Assembly: GCA_963796035.1 (NCBI GenBank)
Contig: CAWCJU010000004.1
Span: 535,029 to 599,028 of the forward strand
Source: an uncultured Actinomycetota bacterium
GTDB taxonomy: Bacteria; Actinomycetota; Actinomycetes; Mycobacteriales; Mycobacteriaceae
DNA: 64,000 nucleotides
Direction: 5' to 3'
Both the position numbers and the translations under genes were made by a program. This document shows positions 11,941 through 23,243 of the stretch, in pieces (within the stretch, counting starts at the first letter, position 1; every line of letters begins with the position of its first letter). The notes under the pieces were generated by a model. That model saw nothing but the letters and a program-made list of their open reading frames with translations. It had not been told where the DNA came from and made no database searches.

Positions 11941-13371
11941 CTAAATGGCGGCCAGGGCGGCTCGGATGTGCGGCACCATGCGCGATGCCGAGGTGGGGGC
12001 TTCGCCGGGGCCCGGGTCGGCGGCCGAGCACGCCGCCGCGCGCGCGTGCACGAAGGCCGCCGCGGCGGCCGCCTCGGCCGGCGGCAACCCCGCCGCCAGC
12101 AGCGCGCCGATCATGCCGGACAACACGTCACCGGAGCCGGCGGTGGACGCCCAGGACTGCCCGGCCGCGTTGAGGTAGACCGGGCCGCCCGGATCGGCGA
12201 TGACCGTGACGTTGCCCTTGAGCAGCACCGTGGCGCCGAACGCGTCGGCCAGCTTGCGGCACGCGCCCACCCGGTCATCACCGGGCGGGTTACCCGCCAG
12301 GCGGGCGAATTCACCGGCGTGCGGAGTCAGCACCGTCGGCGCGGTGCGATTGGCCACCAGCTGGGGATGGGCCGCCAGAATGCTCAGCCCGTCGGCGTCC
12401 ACGATCACCGGCAGGTCGGTTTCCAGCGCGAACCACAGGGCCGCGGCCCCGACGTCGTCGGTGCCCAATCCCGGCCCGACGACCCAGGACTGCACCCGTC
12501 CGGCCGAGCCGGGCGTGGGCGAGGCGATCACCTCGGGCCAGTGCGCGAGCACCTCGCGGTGCGCGCTGCCGGCGTAGCGGACCATTCCCGACGTCGCCGC
12601 GACGGCGGCGCCGGTGCACAGCACGGCCGCACCCGGATACGTCGACGAGCCGGCCATCACGCCGGTGACGCCCTGGGTGTACTTGTCGTCGTGGGGCCCG
12701 GGCACCGGCCAGCGGGCGGCCACGTCGGCGGCCTCGAAACCCAGCGCTGCGACGTCCGGTGGACCGGGCAGGCTCAGCCCGATGTCCACCAGGTGCACCC
12801 GCCCGCAGTCGGCCAGCGCGTGCACGGGTTTGAGCCCACCGAAGGTGACGGTCGCCGCGGCGTGCACCGCGGCGCCGGTGATCGCCCCGGTCACCGCATC
12901 GATGCCGCTGGGGATGTCGACGGCGATCACCGGGATTCTCGCGTCGTCGACCGTGGCGAACACCTCGGCCGCGGCGGGTCGCAACGCTCCGGAGCCGGAG
13001 ATGCCCACCACGCCGTCGATAACGAGATCGGTTGTCGGCGAGAAACTTTCGACGATACGGCCGCCGGACTGCCGGAAGGCCGCCAGGCCCTTGCGGTGGG
13101 TGCGCTCGGGATTGAGCAGGATCGCGTCGGCGGCCGCGCCGCGACGGCGCACGAAGGTGGCCGCCCACAGCGCGTCACCGCCGTTGTCTCCGGAGCCGAC
13201 GACCGCGCACACACGCCGTCCGGTTACCCCGCCGGTGCGGGCGGCTAACTCACCGATGATCTCGGTCGCCAACCCATAGGCCGCGCGCCGCATCAGCGCA
13301 CCATCGGGCAGGCTGGCCAGCAGTGGCGCCTCGGCTTCGCGGATCGCGTCTACGGAGTAGTAATGCCGCAT
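11941..13371 (-). CDS. nnr: Bifunctional NAD(P)H-hydrate epimerase/dehydratase
   Basis: GSGDNGGD, AVDIPSG, VDADGL, LTPHAGEF, TAGSGDVLSG; Rv3433c position. Confidence 0.93.
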   Translation of the reverse strand: MRHYYSVDAIREAEAPLLASLPDGALMRRAAYGLATEIIGELAARTGGVTGRRVCAVVGSGDNGGDALWAATFVRRRGAAADAILLNPERTHRKGLAAFRQSGGRIVESFSPTTDLVIDGVVGISGSGALRPAAAEVFATVDDARIPVIAVDIPSGIDAVTGAITGAAVHAAATVTFGGLKPVHALADCGRVHLVDIGLSLPGPPDVAALGFEAADVAARWPVPGPHDDKYTQGVTGVMAGSSTYPGAAVLCTGAAVAATSGMVRYAGSAHREVLAHWPEVIASPTPGSAGRVQSWVVGPGLGTDDVGAAALWFALETDLPVIVDADGLSILAAHPQLVANRTAPTVLTPHAGEFARLAGNPPGDDRVGACRKLADAFGATVLLKGNVTVIADPGGPVYLNAAGQSWASTAGSGDVLSGMIGALLAAGLPPAEAAAAAAFVHARAAACSAADPGPGEAPTSASRMVPHIRAALAAI

Positions 13372-13497
13372 CAGAGTCAGATTACGTGTCACGGTCGCGG
13401 TGTACAGCCGCGCTCGGATGGCCGGTGTCCGCGGCGGCCGGCGCCGCTTCGGAATGGATTGGTACCCAAGGATGTTCGGCACCCGCCGGTGCCGGCA

Positions 13498-14214
13498 TCA
13501 GGTCGAGGTCTCCGGCGGCACGTTGCGCCGCGCCATGGCCCGCAGGCGCGCGGGACTCAACGGGCTGCTGCGTTTGGAGCTCGTGCGAGTCATCGGGTAG
13601 AAGCACAGGCCGATGAGGATCGAGGTGAAGTGCCCGATCGCGGTGAAGTTCAATTCGCCGCCCATCGTGATCAGCGGGAAGCCGAAGATGATGAACAACA
13701 CCCCGAGATAGCCCCAGCGCCACGGCCGGATGATGTGGTAGCTCAGCACGGCCATCACGCCGACGAGGAAATAGCTGACCCCGATGTCGCGGGCGTGCAC
13801 CAACCGTTGCGGGGCATCGTGGTCCTCGATCGCGAAGTAGAGGATGCCTTCGCTGATGTAGGTGGCAAGGATATGCGAGCTCAATCCCACAGTGAGCCAG
13901 CGGAGCTGGCCGAGCCAGTGTTCGGCCGGCGCCAGAAACAGGGTGAACAGCAGCACGTAGGGCTCGAAGTTTTTGCCGTCGATCCACAGCAGGCTGGAGA
14001 ACAGGACGCCGAGCGGGTCACTGCCCAACTCGTGAATATTGGTGGAGCGGTGCAGCAGTACCGAGTGCAGCTCCCGGCCGGTGAGATGGGTCTGGATGAA
14101 CGTCGTGATCATCAGCACCAACAGCCAGCCGTAGGTCAGCGGCGCGCTGATGACGAAATGCCAGACCGCCAGCGTCATGATGCGAACTCGTCTGCGAACC
14201 GATGGATGCACCAC
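13498..14214 (-). CDS. Rhomboid-like membrane protein (Rv3434c homolog)
   Basis: APLTYGWLLVL, HRSTNI, ARDIGVSY; multiple TM segments; synteny. Confidence 0.85.
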   Translation of the reverse strand: MVHPSVRRRVRIMTLAVWHFVISAPLTYGWLLVLMITTFIQTHLTGRELHSVLLHRSTNIHELGSDPLGVLFSSLLWIDGKNFEPYVLLFTLFLAPAEHWLGQLRWLTVGLSSHILATYISEGILYFAIEDHDAPQRLVHARDIGVSYFLVGVMAVLSYHIIRPWRWGYLGVLFIIFGFPLITMGGELNFTAIGHFTSILIGLCFYPMTRTSSKRSSPLSPARLRAMARRNVPPETST

Positions 14215-14283
14215 GACATCAACCTTCGCACGCGAGGCGTGGCACCGGACAACTTCGGCGGCAAACACGCCGCCGGCGATCGG

Positions 14284-15186
14284 CTACTTCGACGGCGCGG
14301 GCTCTCGATCCGCCGGGGCCGGATGCGCCGATGCGGCGGGGGCCATCGGTTTCAAATGCCGCCACCAGGAGCTGATGTAGAGAATCATCGACACCGCCAA
14401 CGCGACCAGAACCCAGATGACGACGGTGATATCGACCCAGCTGCCGAACGGTGGCGAGCCGGGTAGCGCGTTTCGCAGTGGCACCACCGCGAACAGCATG
14501 GCGGCGTACCACGTCGTCATCGGCGGCTGGAACGGCCGTCGGTCTCGCACCGTCTGAATCGCGACGAACAGGGCCAGGCTGGCGATCGTGATGAGCACGC
14601 CGAGGATGACGATGGCGAACGCGGCGGTGCTCATCGAGCGCCGCACATGCAGTCGGTACGGGCCGTCCGCCTGGGGCCTGCTCGCGGTGAGCTGCCACCC
14701 CGACAGGTGGTCGACGAAGGTGACCGGCACATGTTCGGGTGCCCGGTCGGTGTCTTCGCCGTAGAAGATCTCGACTTCCAGCGGCCCCGAGCGGTATTGG
14801 TCGAACGGCCAGCGTTCGATCTGACCGGCGATGGTCAGCGGCACCGCCATCAGACCCGGCAGCATGCCCTTGGTCCAGGTGTGCCGGGACGGCATCGCCG
14901 ACGATCGCACGCGCAGGCTGAGATCGTTCTTGAGGTGGTGGGTCTTCGGGTCCAGCATCGCGGATCCTGGGTTGAAGGCGAGGTTGACGGCGAGCACGCT
15001 GTTGTTCGACTGCATGTCCTCGACGTTGATGGTCGCCGACGGCTGGTCGCCGCTCACGGTCGTCGGTGCTTCGTCCAAACGCCGGGTCGTATTGGTTTGG
15101 GCGTACATCCCGACGGACACCACGTATGCCGCGATGCTGAAGACGACGAGGCCTACGACGCCGTACTTCGTGCCGGCCGATCGCAT
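14284..15186 (-). CDS. DUF4436-family membrane protein (Rv3435c homolog)
   Basis: WPFDQY, WYAAMLFAVVPLRNALPGSPPFGSWVD motif. Confidence 0.8.
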   Translation of the reverse strand: MRSAGTKYGVVGLVVFSIAAYVVSVGMYAQTNTTRRLDEAPTTVSGDQPSATINVEDMQSNNSVLAVNLAFNPGSAMLDPKTHHLKNDLSLRVRSSAMPSRHTWTKGMLPGLMAVPLTIAGQIERWPFDQYRSGPLEVEIFYGEDTDRAPEHVPVTFVDHLSGWQLTASRPQADGPYRLHVRRSMSTAAFAIVILGVLITIASLALFVAIQTVRDRRPFQPPMTTWYAAMLFAVVPLRNALPGSPPFGSWVDITVVIWVLVALAVSMILYISSWWRHLKPMAPAASAHPAPADREPAPSK

Positions 15187-15305
15187 ACTTCCTCCCGTAC
15201 GGACGTAGCCCAACCCACCTGCCGCAAATGCCGCCCCAGGGCAATGTAATGGATCGGCCACGTGTGCGCCGGTGATACGGGCGAAGCCGCGCGAGCTATG
15301 CCTGC

Positions 15306-17191
15306 CTATTCAACGGTGACGGACTTGGCCAGGTTTCGCGGCTTGTCGACGTCGTAGCCGCGAGCCTGCGCCACCGACGCCGCGAACACCTGAAGCGGGA
15401 TGGTCGACAGCAGCGGCTGCAGAAGTGTTGACACAGAGGGAATTTCGATCAGGTGGTCGGCGTACGGGCGCACCGTGTCATCGCCTTCCTCGGCGATCAC
15501 GATGGTTATCGCGCCGCGCGCCTGGATCTCGCGGATGTTGGACAACAGCTTGGCGTGCAGCACGGCCGACCCCTTGGGCGACGGCATGATGACGATGACC
15601 GGCAGATCGTCTTCGATCAGCGCGATGGGGCCGTGCTTGAGCTCGCCGGCGGCGAATCCCTCGGCGTGCATGTACGCCAATTCCTTGAGTTTCAGCGCAC
15701 CTTCCAGCGCAACCGGGTACCCGACGTGGCGCCCCAGGAACAGCACCGTCGGGGACTGGGCGAATTGATACGCCAGGTCGGCCACCGGCTTGATCGTCGC
15801 GATGACCCGCGCGACAAGGTCCGGCATCGCTTCCAGCTCGTGGTATTCCCGCCAGACCTCGTCGGGGTACTTGGTGCCACGGGCCTGCGCCAGCGCCAGC
15901 CCGACCAGATAGTTGGCGGTGATCTGCGCCAGGAACGTCTTGGTCGAGGCCACCCCGATCTCCGGGCCGGCGCGGGTGTACAGCACCGCGTCACACTCGC
16001 GCGGAATCTGCGAGCCGTTGGTGTTGCAGATCGCCAAGACCTTGGCCTTCTGCTCCTTGGCGTGCCGGACCGCTTCGAGGGTGTCGGCGGTCTCGCCGGA
16101 CTGCGAGATGGCGACCACCAGGGTGCTGCGGTCCAGAACCGGGTCACGGTACCGGAATTCGCTGGCCAGCTCGACCTCGACCGGCAGCCGCGTCCAGTGC
16201 TCGATCGCGTACTTCGCCAGCAGGCCGGAGTGATACGCGGTGCCGCAGGCCACCACGAACACCTTGTCGATCTCGCGGAGTTCCTGATCGGACAGCCGCT
16301 GTTCGTCGAGGACGATCCGGCCGTCCACGAAGTGTCCCAGCAGGGTGTCGGCCACGGCGGCGGGCTGCTCGGCGATCTCCTTGAGCATGAAGTACTCGTA
16401 GCCGCCCTTTTCGGCGGCGGCCAGATCCCAATCGATGTGGAACTCGCGGTATGCCCCGGGCCCCAGGTCCTCGTTGCCGTCGAAGTCGGTGATCCGGTAG
16501 CCGTCAGCGGTGATCACCACGGCCTGGTCCTGGCCGAGTTCGATGGCGTTGCGGGTGTGCGGGATGAACGCCGCCACGTCGGAGCCGACGAACATCTCGC
16601 CGTCGCCGATGCCGATCACCAGCGGGGTGGAGCGGCGGGCGGCGACGATGGTGCCGGGGTCGTCGGCGTTGGCGAACACCAACGTGAAGTGGCCGTCCAG
16701 GCGGCGCAGCACCGCGAGCACCGACGCGGCGAAATCGCCTGCGGTGTCGCCGTGCCGGTATGCCTGCGACACCAGATGCACCGCCACCTCGGTGTCGGTG
16801 TCGCTGGCGAACTCCACGCCCTGGGCCTCCAGCTCGTGGCGCAGGCTGGCGTAGTTCTCGATGATGCCGTTGTGGACCACGGCGATCTTGCCGGTGGCGT
16901 CGCGGTGCGGGTGGGCGTTGCGGTCGGTGGGACGGCCGTGGGTGGCCCACCGGGTGTGGCCCAGGCCGGTGGTTCCGGTCAGCGACGACGCCGGCATCTC
17001 GGCGACCGCCTCTTCCAGGTTGGCCAGCCGGCCGGCGCGACGGCTGACCGTCAGGGTGCCTGCTGAGGGCCGCTGCCGTTGACCAGGGCGACGCCCGAGG
17101 AGTCGTAGCCGCGGTACTCCATCCGTCGCAACGCGGCCATGACGACCTCACAGGCGGGCTGCTGCCCGACGTAGCCGACGATTCCGCACAT
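15306..17191 (-). CDS. glmS: Glutamine--fructose-6-phosphate aminotransferase GlmS (frameshift near 17060)
   Basis: MCGIVGYVG start at 17191, [38 protein letters not shown]. Confidence 0.97.
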
Positions 17192-17726
17192 TCTGAACAG
17201 GGTAGTGCAGGCGGAGCACCAACCCCGCACTCCGCGGTGGTGGTTAGCCCGCCCACCTGCACAAAGGCCCGCTGTGACCTTCCCCTACCGCCAGTTCTCC
17301 ATCCGACGCGTCTCGGCCGGGCATCCTGGGCCCATCCGTCATTCACTCAATCGTCATAAACGGCGGAAAGTTTTTCACCTGATGTATTCGTGACGTTTTC
17401 GTTCGCGTCGGCACATCCGAGAAATATCTCCCTAACATTCGAATTATCAGCAAAGACTGGAAAGAACCAGAGCCAGCGGAGGGGCGAGCTGCTCGAAGCC
17501 CGCCCGATCACGATTACCGCAGCGTGTCAGCGACGAAATCGTCGTCATCGATTTACAGTCAGGCTTTTATTAGGCATGGGCCGGATATTCTGGCTACCTG
17601 GGACCACGCTTTTAGCCGAGCCATGAATTCTAGTCGTCAGTGGTTGTTAACCGGGAATTGTGCAACGGGTCGTATTGAGATGCGTAACTTTCTGGACCGC
17701 CCGCCGGGCGCCATGAGGAGGCAATC

Positions 17727-17924
17727 ATGACCGCAGTTCGCTACGACGATGTGGTGCCCGCCCCCTTGGCGCCGGCACCCCAGCAGACGCCCAAGCCGCG
17801 CCCGCCGGCGTCGGCCGGCTCCGGAAACCCCTTGATGGACATGACCACCCAGCTGCTGGCCATCCCGCTGCACCAGCTCTACGCGGCGCTGTGGCGGATG
17901 GGTGTCATCGAGGTCAGAGGCTAG
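17727..17924 (+). CDS. Small Rv1535-family protein
   Basis: GAGGAGG RBS; C-terminal NPL...LLAIPLHQLYAALWRMGVIEV resembles the Rv1535 family. Confidence 0.75.
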   Translation: MTAVRYDDVVPAPLAPAPQQTPKPRPPASAGSGNPLMDMTTQLLAIPLHQLYAALWRMGVIEVRG

Positions 17925-18017
17925 AAAGGGCCCGCGAGAGGCCTGCGCACGCGCCCGGCGGGCAGGGTCGCGTTCCTTCTCCCCCGGCGTCCGATTGCGA
18001 TGCGCTAACGTCAACGC

Positions 18018-18857
18018 GTGGCCCGCATCCGCAAGCTCGTCGCAGCTCTCAGCCGCCGTGGCCCGCATCGTGTTTTGCGTGGTGACCTGGCCTTTGCCGG
18101 CCTGCCGGGCGTGGTGTACACCCCCGAGGAGGGGCTGAATCTGCCCGGCGTGGCGTTCGGCCACGATTGGCTTGCCGGCGCGGCCCGGTATTCGAACCTG
18201 CTCGAGCATCTGGCGTCGTGGGGCATCGTGGCCGGCGCTCCCGACACCCAGCGCGGGCTGGCTCCCTCGGTGCTGAACCTCGCCTTCGATCTCGGCACCG
18301 CCCTGGACATCGTGTCGGGCGTTCGCCTGGGTCCCGGCAAGATCAGCGTTCACCCCGCCAAGCTCGGCGTGGCCGGTCACGGCTTCGGTGGCTCGGCGGC
18401 GGTGTTCGCCGCGGCCGGGATGCCGGCCAAGCCCGCTGCGGTGGCGGCGCTTTTCCCCAGTGTCACCAGCCCGCCGGCCCAGCAGCCGGCCGCGACGCTG
18501 AAAATGCCCGGGGTGATCTTCAGCGCGCCGGGCGATCCGAAAACGTTGAACTCCAACGCGTTGGCGCTCGCCGACGTGTGGGACGCGGCGACGCTGCGCA
18601 TCGTCAGCAAGGCCGAATCCGGTGGGCTGGTCGAGGGCCGGCGGCTGACCAAGGTGCTGGGGCTGGCCGGGCCGCACCGGCGCACCCAGCGGACGGTCCG
18701 GGCGCTGCTGACCGGCTACCTGCTCTATACCCTGGGCGGCGACAAGAAGTATCGCGACTTCGCCGACCCGGACGTGCACCTGCCGGGCACCGACGCGATC
18801 GACCCCGAGGCCGAAGCGATTCCCCTGGAAGAGAAGATCGTCGCGCTGCTGAAGTGA
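18018..18857 (+). CDS. Dienelactone-hydrolase-like alpha/beta protein (Rv3438 homolog)
   Basis: RRGPHRVLRGDLAFAGLPG, LEHLASWG, GHGFGG. Confidence 0.85.
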   Translation: MARIRKLVAALSRRGPHRVLRGDLAFAGLPGVVYTPEEGLNLPGVAFGHDWLAGAARYSNLLEHLASWGIVAGAPDTQRGLAPSVLNLAFDLGTALDIVSGVRLGPGKISVHPAKLGVAGHGFGGSAAVFAAAGMPAKPAAVAALFPSVTSPPAQQPAATLKMPGVIFSAPGDPKTLNSNALALADVWDAATLRIVSKAESGGLVEGRRLTKVLGLAGPHRRTQRTVRALLTGYLLYTLGGDKKYRDFADPDVHLPGTDAIDPEAEAIPLEEKIVALLK

Positions 18858-18914
18858 GACCGCCCTTCGGCGGGCTGAAGGTGCCGGCACGGGGCAGCGT
18901 GGTAAGTGTCATTG

Positions 18915-19955
18915 ATGCGAATCGGGATCGCTCTCAATTATTCGGGTGGCTTTCACGAGGCCGTGGACCGCGTGGTCGAGCTCGAGAAGTCCGGCATCGA
19001 AGTGGTGGTGGTGGCCGAGGCGTATGCGTTCGACGCCATCAGCCAGCTGGGCTATCTGGCCGCCAAGACGAACACCGTCGAATTGGCGTCCGGGGTGTTG
19101 CCCATCTACATCCGCACGCCGTCGCTGCTGGCGATGACCGCCGCGGGGCTGGATTACGTGTCCGACGGGCGATTCCGCCTGGGCATCGGCACCTCCGGGC
19201 CGCAGGTGATCGAGGGATTCCACGGAGTCCCGTTCGACGCCCCGATCGGCCGCACCCGCGAGATCGTGGAGATCTGCCGCAAGGTGTGGCGCCGCGAACG
19301 CGTGCAATACGACGGCAAGCATTACCAGCTGCCGTTGCCCGCGGAACGCGGAACGGGTCTGGGCAAGTCGCTGCAGCTGATCAATCACCCGGTGCGCGAA
19401 CGCATTCCGGTCAGTATCGCCGCGCTGGGCCCCAAGAATGTGGAGCTCACCGCCGAGATCGCCGAGGGCTGGCAACCCGTCTTCTACCTGCCGGACAAGG
19501 CCGCGTCGATCTGGGGCGAATCGCTGGCGGCCGGTGCGGCCAAGCGTGATCCCGCACTGGGGCCGCTGGATGTGATGGTGCACGCGTCGTTGGCCATCGG
19601 GGACAACGTCGACGAGCGGCTGGCCTGGGTCAAGCCGCAGCTGGGCCTCTACATCGGCGGGATGGGCGCCAAAGGCCGCAATTTCTACCACAATCTGGCG
19701 ACGCGCTACGGGTTCGGCGAGGTCGCCGACCGGATCCAGGAGCTGTACCTGTCCGGCCGCAAGCAGGAGGCCATCGACGCGGTGCCCGACGAGCTGGTGC
19801 GCGGCATGTCGCTGATCGGCCCGCCCGGATACGTCGCCGAACGCATGGCCGCCTTCGCCGAGGCCGGTGTCACCACGCTGTTGGTGAACCCGTTGTCCGC
19901 CGACCGCGGCGAATCCATGCGTTTTGTCGAGGAAGCCCTGAAGCTGCAGCCCTGA
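18915..19955 (+). CDS. LLM-class F420-dependent oxidoreductase
   Basis: AEAYAFDA, GRFRLGIGTSGPQVIEGFHG, AEIAEGW. Confidence 0.92.
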   Translation: MRIGIALNYSGGFHEAVDRVVELEKSGIEVVVVAEAYAFDAISQLGYLAAKTNTVELASGVLPIYIRTPSLLAMTAAGLDYVSDGRFRLGIGTSGPQVIEGFHGVPFDAPIGRTREIVEICRKVWRRERVQYDGKHYQLPLPAERGTGLGKSLQLINHPVRERIPVSIAALGPKNVELTAEIAEGWQPVFYLPDKAASIWGESLAAGAAKRDPALGPLDVMVHASLAIGDNVDERLAWVKPQLGLYIGGMGAKGRNFYHNLATRYGFGEVADRIQELYLSGRKQEAIDAVPDELVRGMSLIGPPGYVAERMAAFAEAGVTTLLVNPLSADRGESMRFVEEALKLQP

Positions 19956-19959
19956 GCGG

Positions 19960-21369
19960 TCACTGCCCCGCCTGCGGAAGCTGGTCCGCGGCAATCTCGC
20001 ACGGCGTTTTCCCGGGTCGGCCGCGGGTGCCGGTTCGGCGACGGAGCGGCGGGCGGTGCGGGCGGCGCGTCGCGGTGCCGGTGGGTCGGCCGGCGGTGGG
20101 TCGGCCGGCGGCGGCGCCGCGACCGGTTGGATCGTGTCGGCGGGGTTGGGCTGAGGCTCGTCGACGGGCTGGGCCTGGCCGGCTTCGGCGGGATCGCCGA
20201 CGGTCTCGGCGTCGGTGACCTGGCTCGTCGGCGACGTCGCCGACGTCCTCGGGATCGTCTGCGTGGAAAGGGTTTTCGCCGACGGCGTTCTCGTCGTCGT
20301 TCAAGGGGTCCGCGCCGCCCAGCCCGTCGCCCGCGGATCCGATCAGCCCGCCCACCGCGTCGACGATCCTGCCGGCCAGCCCGAGAAGACCCCCGCCGCC
20401 CCCGCCGAGTCCACCACCGAGGCCACCACCGCCGAGCCCGCCGCCGAGCCCGCCATGGGCAGTCCGCCCAGATCGCCCGCGGGCATGCCCAGGGCGTCGC
20501 CGAGCGCGGCTCCCCAGTCCGCGGGCGGCGCGGCGGCGACCGGCGGGGGTGCCGGAGTCGCGAAATCCGTTGTGGCACTGATCGGACCGGGCACGGCCGC
20601 CGCCAACGTCGGCGCGGGATCCACCGGCGGCACGGGCGTGGTGGCCACCGGTGGGGTGAGCTGCACCGGCACGACACCCGTTCCGAGATCACCGGGAAAT
20701 TCGAAGCGCGCCGTCGGCACGGCGGTCATCTTGTCGACGACCATGGCGTAGGACGTCTCGACCCCATCCGAGGCGGATCGCATCGCTGTCACCCAATCAT
20801 TGCGAATGTCGTTGTCCACGTACGGTATTACCTGCTGGCGCACCACGTCCGCCGCGCCGTCCCGGTCCCCCGCCAGCGACCGCGGCAGCGGCGGCCAGCC
20901 ATGCCGGCCGCTGGACGCGCACGCGGTCGTCGACGGCAACGGCGGTCGCCACTTCCGAATCGACCAGATACCACAGGTTGTCGCGCAGCGACTCGCATCG
21001 TTGGGCCGCCGCGCGCAGTTCGGTGGCAACGGCGTCGGCGGTGTCGCAATGCCGCTGCAACAACTGCACCGCGGCGTCGCCGCCCGGACCGGTCCATGCC
21101 GCGGCCAGCTCGGCCACCTGCGCGCGCTGCATCCGCAGCGCTTCGGCCGCCACCACGCCCGCCGCCCGTAGCTCCGCGCAGTCGCGGTCCAGCGCGCGCA
21201 GGTCGAGGCCGTCCTCACCCGCATACCATTCGCGGACCTGTGCGGGATGCGTTGTCAGATCGGGGTTTTGGTAGCCCACCGCATGGCAGGCCTGCACGTA
21301 GGTCTGGGTGTGGTCGACGGCCGCCCGGCCCTCGGCAAGGCGCGCGGCCACATCCAATCGATCGGCCAC
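19960..21369 (-). CDS. Ala/Pro-rich protein (Rv3439c homolog; frameshifted)
   Basis: MADRLDVAARLAEG...YVQACHAVGY...EDGLDL; VIPYVDNDIRNDW; C-terminal KTPCEIAADQLPQAGQ, split over frames. Confidence 0.8.
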
Positions 21370-21372
21370 GAG

Positions 21373-21703
21373 CTAGGCGATCCGCGCCGCGGCATACAGT
21401 TCGGCGTCGGCATAGCGCTCGGCGCTGGACCGCAGCGCGGCGGCGATCTCGGCCGACGCGCGCGACCACTGCGACACCTGCGCCACCAGCCGCTCCAGCT
21501 CGACGCGCAGCGCGTCGCCACGCGCGGTGTGCGCCCGCCCGGCGCTGGCCCCGCCGAAAGCCAGCCTGGACAGGTGGTCGCTTACCGCGCGGTCGATGAA
21601 TTCGGCCGCCATGCGCGAATTGGTTAGCGACCCGCTGCGCCGCCGGCACGTCGATCTGCGTGCGGGCGACGGCTACAGGTCGTGTTCCCCCAACGGATTT
21701 CAT
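21373..21703 (-). CDS. Type VII secretion target-like protein (Rv3440c homolog; one frameshift)
   Basis: [14 protein letters not shown] then [25 protein letters not shown]...RYADAE (YxxxD/E-like signal). Confidence 0.8.
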
Positions 21704-21711
21704 GCCTTATC

Positions 21712-21738
21712 CGACGCCCGTGGGCGCGGCGGGGTTCC
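21712..21738 (-). promoter_or_regulatory. SigM-type ECF promoter for the Rv3440c/Rv3439c homologs
   Basis: Minus strand GGAAC-N17-CGTCG, 8 nt before ATG 21703. Confidence 0.7.
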
Positions 21739-21749
21739 ACGGGTCACGA

Positions 21750-23094
21750 TCAGAGGGCGTCGCTGACCGCTTCGGCGACCCGGGTGGCGATCCGCGCGGC
21801 GATGTCCTTTTCGGGCGCCTCCACCATGACCCGGATCATCGGTTCGGTTCCCGAGGGGCGCAACAGGATTCGGCCGGTGTCGCCCAGTTCGGCCTCGGCC
21901 TGCCCGACGGCGGTCTGCACCGAGGGCGCGCTGGCGGCGGTGTCCTTGTCGGCGACCGTCGACGTTGATCAGCACCTGCGGCAGCGTCTGCATCGCCGAG
22001 GCCAGCTCGGCCAGCGACGAGCCGGTCTGCACCATGCGGGTCATCAGCCGCAGGCCGGTGACGATGCCGTCACCGGTCGAGCCCAGCGCGGGCATCACGA
22101 TGTGCCCGGACTGCTCGCCGCCCAGGCTGTAGTCGCCGGCCCGCAACTCCTCCACGACGTAGCGGTCGCCAACGCCGGTGGTGCGCACCGTGATTCCGGC
22201 CGAGCGCATGGCCAGGTGCAGTCCCAGGTTGCTCATCACGGTGGTGACCAGCGTCTTGGACGCCAGTTCGTCGGCCTCGTGCATCGCCAGTCGCGAGCAC
22301 CACCATGATGTGGTCGCCGTCGACCAGGTTGCCGTCTGGCGTCGATGGCCAGGCAGCGGTCGGCGTCGCCGTCGTGCGCCAGGCCCAGGTCGGCGCGGTG
22401 CGCGACGCACGGCCGCGCGCAGCGAATCCAGGTGCGTGGAGCCGCAGTTGTCGTTGATGTTGAGCCCGTTGGGGTCGGCGTTGATCGCGATCACCCGGGC
22501 ACCGGCGGCGCGGTAGGCGCGCGGGGCCACCGCGGAGGCCGCGCCGTGGGCGCAGTCCACCACCACGGTCAACCCGTCGAGGCGCAGCGTGCTGGCCTTG
22601 CTCAGGTGGCGCAGGTAGCGGTCGGCCGCGTCCTCGGCGTCGATGACCCGGCCGATCCCGGCGCCGACCGGACGCAACCCGGGATCGGCGCTCGAGCAGC
22701 GCCTCGATCTCGTCCTCGGTGCCGTCGTCGAGCTTGTGGCCGCCGGGGCCGAAGATCTTGATGCCGTTGTCGGGCATCGGGTTGTGCGACGCGGAGATCA
22801 TCACCCCGAAGTCGGCGTCATAGGCGCCGGTCAGGTAGGCCACCGCGGGGGTGGGCAGCACCCCGACGCGCAGCGCGTCGACACCTTCGACTGGTCAGCC
22901 CGGCGATCACCGCGGCCTCCAGCATTTCGCCGCTGGCCCGGGGATCGCGACCGATCACCGCGACCCGCCGGCCCGGTGCCCGGCGTGCTCGCCAGGTGCC
23001 GCGCCGCCGCGGAACCCAGCGCCAGCGCCAGCTCGGCGGTCAACTCGCGATTGGCGACCCCACGGACACCGTCGGTGCCGAATAGTCGACCCAT
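21750..23094 (-). CDS. glmM: Phosphoglucosamine mutase GlmM (frameshifted)
   Basis: [34 protein letters not shown]. Confidence 0.95.
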
Positions 23095-23186
23095 GCGACC
23101 AAACCTCTCACAGTTGTCGGGCTTGCACCTAACGTGCCCGTTCCTTTGTGGACGAAACGGGCCGCGTCAGGGCGCAGACACGCCGC

Positions 23187-23231
23187 AACCGGCCACGACT
23201 TGTGCACCACGATGCCAAGTTGTGGCCAGTT
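23187..23231 (-). terminator. Stem-loop downstream of rpsI
   Basis: AACCGGCCACGACTTG pairs with CAAGTTGTGGCCAGTT (16 bp, 2 mismatches). Confidence 0.6.
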
Positions 23232-23243
23232 AGCGACCGCTGG

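Noticed and set aside
17200-17726. M-box riboswitch or glmS ribozyme
   Set aside because: No recognisable conserved signature by eye; needs a covariance-model search
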